DNA of 64,000 bases from Scenedesmus sp. PABB004 (Eukaryota): positions 3,596,001 through 3,660,000 of the forward strand of contig CM026547.1 of assembly GCA_014905635.1 (NCBI GenBank). Reading direction: 5' to 3'. The translations under genes and the position numbers were made by a program. The stretch's first letter is position 1; each line of letters starts with the position of its first letter. Under the pieces are notes generated by a model. The model did no database searches. It had not been told where the DNA came from and saw only the letters and a program-made list of their open reading frames with translations. Shown here one piece after another: positions 35,553-45,413 of the stretch.

Positions 35553-37380
35553 ACGGCGCACGCAGCGTGCACAGCACACACACAGACAGCGCAGGCAGGG
35601 GGGCCGGGCGCGGCGCTCTCGGAGGTGCTCTTGTGAGCGGACGACACTCAACATTGCGTCTTCAGTCCGCCCGTCGTGTGACTGTCGTCACCGAGCGCGC
35701 GCCCACGCGGCACAGCAACAGCAACAGCAGCAGCAGCGCGTGCGCGCGGCGGGCACACACGAAGCAGCGCCCGCGCCGCGCGCTCACCCCGGCGCCTCTG
35801 TGAGCAGCTCGCGCAGCAGGCGGTGCGTCATCACCGGGTGCAGCAGCGCCTTCTCCAGCACCGGCGCGAGGCCCTTGTAGAGGTGCGCGACCACCGCGGC
35901 GCGCTTGGCCGGCTCCGCGCCGGCGAGCAGCTGCCCCAGGTGCGCGATCGACTCGGCCGGCATGGCCACGCCGCCAAAGAGGCTGAACTCGCGGGCGTAG
36001 AGCTCGGCGCAGAGCGCGTTGCGGCACGGCGGCGGCGCGACAGAGTACAGGTCGTCCAGCACGTCCGCGCCGGCGGGGTGGCGCAGCAGCTCGGCGACGT
36101 GGCCGCGGAACAGCTTCACCAGGCCTGCGCGGCGCGGGGCGCCGGCGCGGGCGCGCGGGGCGGCAACGGGCGCGCGGCGTGAGCGGCGTGCAGGGCGGCT
36201 CAGCGGCGCGCGGAACACGCAGAGAGGTGCGGGCGGACGCGCGCGGTGTGCCGGATCGAAAGGACCGGGCGCCCATGGGGCCGGGGCGCACGGTGTGACA
36301 TTCCTGCTGCTTCAATGTGAGCAGCGCCGCGGCGGCGGCGGGCGCGGCGGGCGCGGCCCCGCCAGGTGCCGCGGCCCTGCTGTGGCACAGGGTGGCGCAC
36401 ACACGCATGCACACGCGCAGGCAGGCAGGCGCGCGGCCACACACAATGTCAACGGCGGGCGGTGCTTCAGCACGTGTGTGTCGACAATTGCCAGCGCCGC
36501 GTGCGGCGGGAGGCATACTGAAAGATAACGCAGTTGTGTAGAGCATCACAAGCAGCGCCCCGCGCGCGCACACCCAGACCCACACACGCCGCGGGCGCGG
36601 ACCAGCGCGCAGTCTCTCCCTCCCCTCCCCCCGCTCCCCTCTCCTGCCTCCCTGGCCCCCGGCGCGCACCTGGCACGTCCTCCTTGGGCGCCAGCGCGAT
36701 GAGCTTCTGCACGACGTGCCGCCCAAACTTGCTCTTGCTCAGCGGCACGACCGCGGCGCGGATCTCAGCCTGCAGCCGCGCGCGCTCGGCCGCGCCGCCC
36801 TCCTTCAGGCACCACTGGATCACGCGCGACGCGCTGTGGTGGTTGGCCAGCTCCACGGTGTTGCCCTGGAGCTGCGCACGGGCGCGGGCGCGGGGCAGCA
36901 GGAGGCGTCGGCGGCGGCGCGCTGCGCGCCGCGGCGCGCGGCCGCTGCGTGCCGCGTGGCCGCTGCCGCGCGCCGCGACCGCCTCACCTTTTTGAGGATG
37001 CGCGACACCAGCGCCGCCTTCTCCTCCTTGGTCGCCTGCTTGGGCCGCAGCTGCTCCCACAGCACGACCGTCTCCTGGATCGTCGCGTAATTCTTCTTGA
37101 ACTTGAGCTTCTTGCTCTTCACCACCTCCTTCTGCTCCTTCCTGCGTGCCACGGGCGCGTGCGGCGTGAGGCGCGGGGCGCTCGCGGCCGCGCGCCGCAG
37201 CACCACGCAGAGCGGCGGCCGCCGCTGCGCGCACTTGCTCAGCAGCTTGGGCGCCGCCTTGGGCGCCGGCTTGGCGGCGGGCGGGCCCTTGCCGGCGGGG
37301 CGCTTGGACGCGGGGCCCTTGGGGGTGTCGCCGCCCGCGGGGCGCTTGCGCTTGGCCTCCGTCTTCATGCTGCTGCCCAT
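33673..37380 (-). CDS. PUM24: Pumilio/PUF-A family nucleolar protein (Puf6/PUM3/APUM24); multi-exon snoRNA host gene
   Basis: Lys-rich N-terminus, LWEQLR, HSASRVIQWCLKEG, LSKSKFGRHVVQKL, FRGHVAELLRHP, LVHTHDGA..YGTPKDRKRLVKGMK, VVDDTALTSK, SKKAADARRRELL (CPL domain). Confidence 0.9.
34932..35015 (-). ncRNA. Intronic box C/D snoRNA, U43/snR70-like, copy 1
   Basis: GCTC/GAGC terminal stem, box C GTGATGA, guide CGACGGGCGG + A + D' CTGA, C' ATGTTGA, box D CTGA. Guide pairs with SSU rRNA CCGCCCGUCG. The D'+5 base is the E. coli C1402 / yeast Cm1639 equivalent. Confidence 0.9.
35614..35697 (-). ncRNA. Intronic box C/D snoRNA, U43/snR70-like, copy 2 (variant boxes GTGACGA / CCGA)
   Basis: Near-identical to 34932-35015 but in a different intron. 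Same guide and D'/C' boxes, CGCTC/GAGCG stem. Confidence 0.85.
36463..36554 (-). ncRNA. Intronic box C/D snoRNA, snR68-like (LSU Am2640 equivalent)
   Basis: TGCT/AGCA stem, box C GTGATGC, box D CTGA. 13-nt guide CTGCGTTATCTTT is complementary to LSU rRNA AAAGAUAACGCAG and is followed by a degenerate D' (CAGT). Confidence 0.7.
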
Positions 37381-37880
37381 GGGCCGCCGCGCGCGCTGCA
37401 GCGCATGGGGGGCGCCGCGGCCGCGGCCCGGGGTGGATGGAGGCACGGGGAGGCTGTGTAGGGGCGGTGGGCGCGCGGGGCGCCTTGGATGCGCAGGTTT
37501 GTCACTTCCGCGCAGTCACGACCGCTGCGCCCTGCACCGCGCGTGGTGCAGCGCGGCGCGGCATCCCAGGCGCGCCCACGACCTCTCTGCCCCACAACGC
37601 GCTGCGGCAAGCAGTCCCGCGCCGCCGCAGAGCGCCACGCCGCGCCGCCATCGCACGCGCCCCTCGTCGCCCGCCGCCCGCGCGCCGCACGGCGGCCACG
37701 CCCGTCCGGAGCGTTGCAACGGGACCCCTGTGACTGGCCGGAACCGGCCTCGCGGCGGTCCCTCGCTAGCGGCGGCGGCGGCGCCGCACGCAGCGGCAGC
37801 AGCGCTGCTGCCGGCGGCCGCCGCGCTCCAGGAGGCTCCCCCGTCGCCGCCCCGCGCGCCGCCGCGGCGGGCGCGCCGCC

Positions 37881-39081
37881 ATGCGGCCGCTCAGCGAGGA
37901 GGAGACCAAGATGGTGTTCGAGAAGCTCTACAAGTTCGTGGGCAAGGACATCAAGTCGATGATCGAGCGCCCCGACGGCCGCTACTGCCTGCGCCTGCAC
38001 AAGAACCGCGTGTACTACGTGAGCGAGGCGCTCATGAAGAAGGCAACCAATGTGAGCGGGGCGCGGTAGCACCGCCAGAGAGGGGTCGCGGGCGCGCACG
38101 GCGGCGGCGCACCCCCGCGGCGGCGGCACGCGTCCGCGGCGGCACGCGTCGGCGGGGCGCGGCGGCGCTCGCCCACGCGCGTCCGGCCCGGCGGCGCCGC
38201 AGATCGCGCGCGACAAGCTCGTCGGCCTCGGCACGCCCGTGGGCAAGCTCACGCACTCGGGCAAGTTCCGGCTCACCATCGGCGCGCTGGACGTGCTCGC
38301 GCGCTACGCCAAGCACAAGGTGCGGCGGCGGCACGGCGCGCGGCGCGCGGCACGGCGCGGCTCGGCGCGCGCGCGCCGCGGCTGCCGAGGACGACCGACA
38401 CTGCGCCCGACCCCTGAGGGCCGCAACCCATCTTTTCATCTTTCCACCGAGGCTCCCGAGCGCGCGGCGCGGCGGCGCGGCGGCGTGTTGGCGTGCGTGT
38501 TGGTGTGTGTGTTTGCGCGTGCGCGGCGCGTGAGCTGCGCTGCCTGTGCTGCGTGCGCGGCCGCGTGCAGCGGGCGGCGCGGCGCCCGATGACGAAGAAT
38601 CAGATCACCTTCAGTCTTCAACCTGACTCACCCGTGAACGACTGCATCTTTCTCCAGCCGAGGGCGCCGCCGCGCGCTGCCGCCGCCGGTGGCGCGCCTG
38701 CCGTTGACGTTGCCATTGCCGTGCGCGCGTGTGTGGGCTGGCCCGCCGCCTGTTGCCGCCGTGCCGCGCCGCGCCGCGCCACCCACCGCCCGCTCGCTCG
38801 CTCGCGCCCCTCCCTCGCTGGCGCCGCAGGTGTGGCTGAAGCCGTCGGCGGAGATGCAGTACCTGTACGGCAACCACGTGCTCAAGTCGGGCCTTGGGCG
38901 CATCACCGAGAGCACGCCCGCGTACGCCGGCGTCGTGGTGTACTCGATGGCCGACGTCCCGCTCGGCTTCGGCCTCACCGCCAAGTCGACCAACGAGGCG
39001 CGCGGCATGGAGCCGTCGGGCATCGTCGTGCTGCACCAGGCCGACGTCGGCGAGTACCTGCGCGCCGAGGACGAGCTGTGA
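37881..39081 (+). CDS. NIP7: 60S ribosome subunit biogenesis protein NIP7; 3 exons, snoRNA host gene
   Basis: [97 protein letters not shown]. Confidence 0.97.
38384..38453 (+). ncRNA. Candidate intronic box C/D snoRNA (variant boxes AGGACGA / CCGA)
   Basis: GCC/GGC stem, internal CTGA. 15-nt guide TCTTTTCATCTTTCC lies one base before CCGA and is complementary to the LSU rRNA 5'-domain sequence GGAAAGAUGAAAAGA. Confidence 0.7.
38579..38670 (+). ncRNA. Intronic double-guide box C/D snoRNA (variant boxes ATGACGA / CCGA)
   Basis: 9-bp terminal stem GCGGCGCCC/GGGCGCCGC. Guide CTTCAGTCTTCAA precedes D' CTGA and guide CTTTCTCCA precedes box D. They are complementary to adjacent parts of LSU rRNA UUGAAGACUGAAG-UGGAGAAAG. 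Confidence 0.85.
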
Positions 39082-39466
39082 GGCGGCGCGCGGGACGGTC
39101 CGCGGCGCGCTCGCGGCGCGTGCTCGCGGCGCGCGCTCGCGCCGCGCGCGGCTGAGTTTGCAGCCGTCGCGCGCGCGCGTGTACAACAACAACAGTGCGT
39201 TCCTGCGCACCGAGCAGCGTGTGCGCGGGTAATTTACCCCCCCCCCCCCCCCCCCGCAGTCGTCCGCGGCCGCGGCGTGGCACCGCGCGCGACCGGTCGC
39301 GCGTGGCTACGCCGCCGCCGCCGCCAGACCGCGCGGCCGCCGAGCTCGTCGCTCGCCCCCGCCGCTCCCGTCGCCTAGTGACCTCGCAGCCCGCCGCACG
39401 CGCCTGAGCGCAGCTCAAGCCGCGCACGGCTCGGCCATCACAGGTGCCATCACCCACCTCACCGCC

Positions 39467-40452
39467 ATGCGCGCCTGGGCGGCCGGCGGGCCCGCCGGCG
39501 TGACGTGCAGGTGTGTGGCGCATTGTTCCAGGGGCGGCGTGACGGCTGCGGCGCCCACACGAGCTCACGGCGCGCCCCGCGCTCGCTGCCGCTGCTGCCG
39601 CCCAGGCGCGCCGCCGGGGCGTGCGCGGCCGTGCCGCCGCCCGGGCGCAGCGGGCCAGCGTCCGCCTGCTGCTGCGTCCGCCCGAGCGAGCAGCAGCAAT
39701 GCCGGCAGCGCGCGGCCGCGGCGGCCGCTACAGCAGTCGCGGTCGCGCTGCACGCCGCGCTGCTCGGCGCGCCCGCGCTGGCGGCGGCGCCGCCGCCGCC
39801 GCAGCAACAGCCGGGCGCCCCCGCGCCGGAGCGGCAGCTGGAGCAGCGGCGGCACGCGGCGGCGCGCGGAGCCGGGCTGCCGGCGGCGCCGTCGCCGCTC
39901 GGCGACATCGGGGGGCTGTTTGACGACGCGGCCGACCCGTTCACGCTGTACGGCACGACATTCAAGCAGTTCCAGATAGAGAAGATGCAGGGCGAGAAGG
40001 TCGTGAGCCGGGCGCGGGGCTTCACCGTCGACAGCTGCGTGAGCGCGGTGCAGGCGAGCGCCGAGACGCCCGAGTTCAACGGCCTCGCCACGGGGCAGAA
40101 GGTCCGCGCGCCGCGCGCCGCGCGCTGCGCTGCGCCGCAGCGCGGCGGCCGCGCGCGAGCGCGGCGCCGAGCAGCCGCGGCGCTGCTGGCCGCCGCGCAG
40201 GTGCAGGCGGGCGACAACCTGCTGTGCAAGCGCGCGACGGGGCAGGACCTAAAGGCCTCCTGCAAGGCCTCGTGCGGGGCGGCGTGCACCGACGCGCTGG
40301 CTGGCTACGAGGAGCGGCTGTTTGCTGAGAGCGGGCTGCGCCTGGACGACAAGGAGCGCGCGCGCGTGCTGCGCAACTGCCGGCACTCGTGCAGCTACGA
40401 GTGCACCAAGAGCGGCAAGGCGCACGACTTTGTCGTGCCGTCCCGGCGCTGA
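39467..40452 (+). CDS. Cys-rich protein of unknown function, probably thylakoid-lumenal; 3 exons
   Basis: Bipartite presequence ending in a hydrophobic stretch and A-L-A. Mature region DPFTLYGT..RGFTVDSC..SCKASCGAAC..RNCRHSCSYEC. Confidence 0.65.
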
Positions 40453-40793
40453 CGCCGCTGCGGGCGCTGCGAGTCAAGAGGCGCGCGGTGGCGCGCGGGC
40501 GGCCGGTCGCGGCGGCGGGGCTGGCACGCGGCGTGCGCAGACGCGCGAGCGCGCTGCCTGGGATGTGTCTCGCTGCGGCTGCGCCTGCTGGGACGGCTGT
40601 GCATCGTCATGTTACAGGACCCCGTGCCTCGCAGCGGCGCGCGCTGCAGCTCCGCAGCAGACCCACACGCGCCGCGCTGCGGCCGCCCCGTCCGCGATCG
40701 GCGGCGGCGCGACTGCCGCACCCACCGCCGCCGCCGCCGTGCCGGCCGGGCGCCCCGGCCGCGGCGCCCCGGCCGCGGCGCCGCGTGCCTGGG

Positions 40794-41162
40794 TCAGTCG
40801 AGGTCCAGGAAGTCCATGCGCGCGCGCATGGTGCCCTTGAGCCGCGCCTCCTCCTTCTCCGCCTGCAGCGCGGTGCGGATCTCGGGCTCGCTCACGAGCG
40901 TGAGCCCCGGCGGCACCTCGCGCGCGGGGTCGACCTGCCCCAGCAGCACCAGGTTCTCGCCGCGCAGCAGGTAGAGCCCGAGCGGGACGTCCGCGTAGAG
41001 CCCGCCCACGATGATGCGCTCGACCGCGTGCTCCAGCACCAGGTTTGCAAACTGGTCGAAGCTGCGCAGCACGCCGATGATCTTGCGCCCGTCGCGCAGC
41101 TGGATGAGCAGCTTCTTGTCCAGCTCCTCCACCAGCGCCGTGCCCGGCGGCGGGTAGTCCAT
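40794..41162 (-). CDS. LSM1: Sm-like protein LSM1 (single exon)
   Basis: LVEELDKKLLIQLRDGRKIIGVLRSFDQFANLVL..ERIIVG..GLYLLRGENLVLLG. Confidence 0.95.
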   Translation of the reverse strand: MDYPPPGTALVEELDKKLLIQLRDGRKIIGVLRSFDQFANLVLEHAVERIIVGGLYADVPLGLYLLRGENLVLLGQVDPAREVPPGLTLVSEPEIRTALQAEKEEARLKGTMRARMDFLDLD

Positions 41163-41713
41163 GGCGGCGGCGGCGCCGCTAGCTCATGCGGCGGCGCGCC
41201 TGGCCGGCCGCGCGGGGCGGGGCGCCGGCGGCCGCTGGCGGCGCCCGCTGCTGCTGCTGCCGGCGGCGGCGTGGGCGGCGGCGGGGGCTGCGCCGCTTGG
41301 CTGCGGCTCCTCGAAATGCAGAGAGAGTGTGGGCGGCGACGGCGGCCAGGTGGCGGGCGACAGGGGCCGGCTGACTGCGGCGCGGCGGCGCGCGATGGCG
41401 GCGGTCGCGTGCTGCTGCGGCGGCGGTGCGTCGGCTGCGTTGCGCCCTCGTTGCCTGCGTTCTCGCGGGCAGCGGGCACCTGTCGAACGGTGCTGTGGTC
41501 TGGAGAGGAGGAACGGCAAAGGACAGCGCGCCACCAACCCCAAACACCAACCGGCGCAGAACAGCCTCACTCGACGACGCACGGCGCACGACGCGATCAT
41601 TCACGTCGGACTGCTGCCCGCGCGCTCGCTCGATCTGCGGAGCAGCAGCAGACGCACCCACACGCACCCGCCGCGCTCGGGGAGAGCGCCCAGCGCCCCC
41701 AGCGCCCGGCAGC

Positions 41714-43848
41714 ATGCAGCTGCGCGCTCCCTCCGCCCGGGTGGCGGGGCGGCGCGGCGCCAGCGCGCCCCGCGCGGCGCTGCCAGGGCGGACCAGCTGC
41801 GCGCCCTCGCCACGCCGACACCGCGGCCAGGGCGCCTCATTGCTGCCCGCAGCCCCGGCCCTGGCGGCCGCCGCGGTCTCCAGCAGGCTCGGCGTGGTTG
41901 CCCGCGCCGCCGCGCCGGTGGCGGTCGCGCCGGAGGTGCGTGCGCCGCGCCGCAGCGCGGCCGCCCGCGCGCGCCGCGGGGCGCCTGCCCGGCAGCCCCG
42001 GCAGCCCCCGCAGCCCCGGCAGCCCCGGCAGCCCCAGCGGCCTGCCCGGCTCGCTGCCACCGTCGCAGGCGCCGCCGGAGCCGGTTGTGCCGATCGAGGG
42101 CGTCGTGTGCCTGCCCGTGACGGCCAACATCAAGTGCCTGCGCGGCGTCTGCAACGAGCGCCTCAAGTACGAGGTGGAGTACAGCCTCAAGAGGGGCACG
42201 AGCGAGAACTCCTACCTCATCAGGGTGCGCCGCACGCCGCGTGCCGCGCGCTGCATGCGCGCTGCAGTGCGCGCGCTGCGCGGCCGGGCGCCAGGCTGAG
42301 CCGCGGCCGCGCCGGCGCGCAGGGCGTGGGCGGCAAGTTCACGGTGCTGCTGGACGTGCCGTTCAAGGCGTTCGCCAACGACTTCAGTGAGCCGCGCGCC
42401 GCGCCGGCCAGCCGCCGCCCCGCGCCGCGCCGCGCCCGCGCCTCTCGCCTCACGCCCGCCCTCCCCCCTCTTCCCTGCCGCGCAGTGACGGCGCTGGCGG
42501 CCGAGGTGCCGCCGTCGGAGCTGAGCCACGTCATTATCACGCACGTCGGCCCCAACCGCATCCCCACGCTCAAGCTGCTGCTCGAGGCCGCGCTCGCGGG
42601 CCGCCCCGCCGACCGCCCGCTGCGCCTCGTCGTCACCAACCCCGCCAAGGGCGCGCTCGAGAAGGGCCTCGCGGGTGCGCGCCGCGCCGCAGCGGCGCAC
42701 TGCGCACCGCGCGCCCCGCACGCCGCGCGCCGCGCGCCGCGCCGCGCCGCGCCGCGCCGCAGCGCCCCGCCCCGGCAGCGTCCCACGCCCGCCCGCCACG
42801 GCGCCGCGCCGCGCGCAGACGTGCTGGTGCCGGGCGCGCCGGTTGAGTGGGAGGTGGTCAAGGGCGGCGGTGAGGCGCAGATTAAGATCACCGAGGCCTA
42901 CGCGCTCACCGCGCTGCTCACGCCCACGCCGCGCTGGCCCGACGCGATGTGCGTCATCGACCCGCTCAGCAAGGTCGTGTTCACGAGCAAGCTCTTCTCC
43001 GCCCACGTCGCGCCGGGGCTGCTCAACGCCAAGGCGCGCCCCGCCGCGCACCGCCGCCCACCGCCGCGCCACGCGCGCGCCGCGCCGCGCCGGCGGCGCC
43101 ACACGCGCGCGCGCGCGCGCTCGTCCAGCGCCCGACCCGCGCGCCGCGCCGCCGTCGCGGCCGCAGGCGGGCGGGAGCGCGTTTGACGTTGGCGGCTGGT
43201 CCGCGTACGGCGAGCACTGGCGCTACTTTTTCGACTGCATGCTCGCGCCCGTGGCGACGCAGGCGTCGAGCGCGCTCGACAAGCTGCCCGTCACCGCGAC
43301 GCCGCGCGCGTCGCTCGACACGCCGGCCGGCTTCCTCGGCTCGCTCCTCACCTCCTGGTCGAGCATGGTCGCGGAGCTCACGCGCGGCAGCAAGGGCAGC
43401 GGCGGCGCGGCGTGGGCGCCGCAGCCGGTCTCGCTCTTTGCGTACGCGCTCGCCCCGCAGCACGGCCCCGTCGTGCGCACGGGGCTCAGCCAGCTCGTGG
43501 CCGAGTACCGGCGCTGGACCCAGGACCAGGTGCGCACGCGCGCACCCGGGGCGTGTGCGCGGCCGGCGGGCGCGGCGCGGCGCGGCCCGCCCAAGCCCGC
43601 GCCACGCGCCGCGCGCCCGCCAGCCCACCCCGCACCGCCGCCGCCGCGTCCGCGTCCGCCCCAGGTCGCGGCGCTGGCGCGCAGCAGCGTGTGCGTGATG
43701 TATGCGAGCGCGTACGGCAACACCGCGGCGCTGGCGCAGGCCATCAGCCGCGGCGTGACCAAGGGCGACGTCGCGGTCAACACCATCAACCTCGAGCTCG
43801 TCACCCTCGACGAGGTGCGGCCGCACCCACGCCGCCGCCGCCGCCGCT

Positions 43849-43902
<54 letters not shown>

Positions 43903-45413
43903 CGGCGGCCCCGGGCCGCCCAGCCCAGCGCGCGCAGCGGCGCGCGCGCCGGTGGGCCCGCGCCGCCGCCGCCGACGCGCTGTGCGTGCTGTGCTGCGCG
44001 CCAGGTCGTGAGCGCGATCAAGGCGAGCGATGGGTTTGTCATCGGCAGCCCCACGCTCGGCGGCCACATGCCGACGCCCGTGCAGGTGCGGGCGGGGCGG
44101 CGCGGCGCCGCCGCCGGCCGCCGCGCGCCGGCGCGCGCGCTGACGCGCGCGCCGCGCTGCACCGCGTCAGCTGGCGCTGGGGTCGATCCTGCGCGAGGCG
44201 GGCGCGCGCGAGCTGCCGTGCGGCGTGTTTGGCAGCTTTGGCTGGAGCGGCGAGGCGGTGGACGAGATGGAGGCCAAGCTCAAGGACGGGGGGTACGGCT
44301 TTGCGTTCAAGCCGATCAAGGTCAAGTTCAAGCCCACCGCCACGGTGCGCGCCGCGGGGCGGCAGGGCGGCGGCGCCCGCGCTTGCCACGCGGCCGGCCA
44401 CGGGCGTGGCGGCGCGGCACGCGGCGCGGCACGGCGGCGCGCGCGCGCGGGCTCACCCCCGCTCGGCGGCGGCGCTGCCACAGGACCTCACCACGTGCGA
44501 GCAGAGCGGGCGCGACCTGGCGGTGCAGGTGAAGCGGCGCCTCAAGAACCGGGAGCGCAGCAGCGCGGGCTCCATGGCGGCGGTCGCCGCGAGCGGCGCG
44601 CAGCTCGCGATGGGCCGCGTCGTGGGCAGCCTGTGCGTCGTGACCAGCCGCGACGAGGAGGCGGTCAGCGCGATGCTCGCGAGCTGGGTGTCGCAGGTGC
44701 GCGCGCGCGCGCGCGCTGCGGTGCGACGCGCCGCGGCGGTGCGCGGCGGGGCGCCCCCGCGCCGACCCTGCGGCGCCCCTGCGGCCTAAACCCTGCGCGC
44801 CGCAGGCGTCGTTCGACCCGCCCGGCATCACCATTGCTGTGAAGAAGGACCGCGGCATGGAGACGATGCTCACGCCCGGCAACGCCTTTGCGGTCAGCAT
44901 GGTGCCGGAGAGCCAGGAGCGCGCCGTCATGAAGGTGCGGCGACACAGCGCAGCAGAGCAGCGCCGCGCGCCGCAGAGCGCGTTTTGCCCCCCGCCGCGC
45001 CGCGCCCGAGTGCCCGGCGCCAGGCCCCCCAGCGAGCGCCGCCGCCGCCGCGCCCGCGTCTGCCACCGCGTCGGCGTCGCCGTGCCCCAGGCGATGACCA
45101 AGCCCTTTGCCCCCGGCACGGACCGCCTCGCGGCGCTGCCGCACCACGACAGCGAGGCCAGCGGCTGCCCCGTGCTCGACGACTCGCACGCGGTGCTCGA
45201 CTGCAGCGTGGTGCGCGCACTGCGCGCGCGCCGCCCCTCGCCGCGCCGTCGCGCCGCGCACGCGCTCACGCCCTGCCCCCGCGCGCGCCCCAGGTGAGCC
45301 GCATGGAGGCGGGGGACCACTGGATCGTGTACGGCCAGGTCAACGCCGGCAAGCTCACCAGCGACACGCTGCTGACCGCGGTGCACCACCGCAAGGTCGG
45401 CAACCACTACTGA
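41714..45413 (+). CDS. FLVA: Chloroplast flavodiiron protein, Flv1/FLVA type (beta-lactamase-like + flavodoxin + flavin reductase); many exons
   Basis: EVEYSLKRGTSENSYLI, THVGPNR, TPTPRWPD, FTSKLFSAH, YASAYGNTA, GSPTLGGH, FGSFGWSGEA, GRVVGSLCV, MLASWVSQ, MEAGDHWIVY, HHRKVGNHY. Confidence 0.93.
43848..43900 (+). repeat. Intronic (GCA)n microsatellite
   Basis: About 17 consecutive GCA/CAG units in an FLVA intron. Confidence 0.9.

Noticed and set aside
34932..35697. Repeated element of about 84 bp considered as a MITE, CRISPR repeat or introner
   Set aside because: There are only two copies, with no spacer array, target-site duplications or long terminal inverted repeats. C/D boxes and an rRNA antisense guide explain it as a snoRNA.
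41990..42040. 9-bp GGCAGCCCC tandem repeat
   Set aside because: A simple intronic minisatellite in the first FLVA intron with no further structure.
42520..43020. Missing canonical diiron ligands in the flavodiiron protein (HVGPNR, TPRWPD)
   Set aside because: This is the known signature of the Flv1/FLVA class, not pseudogenisation.
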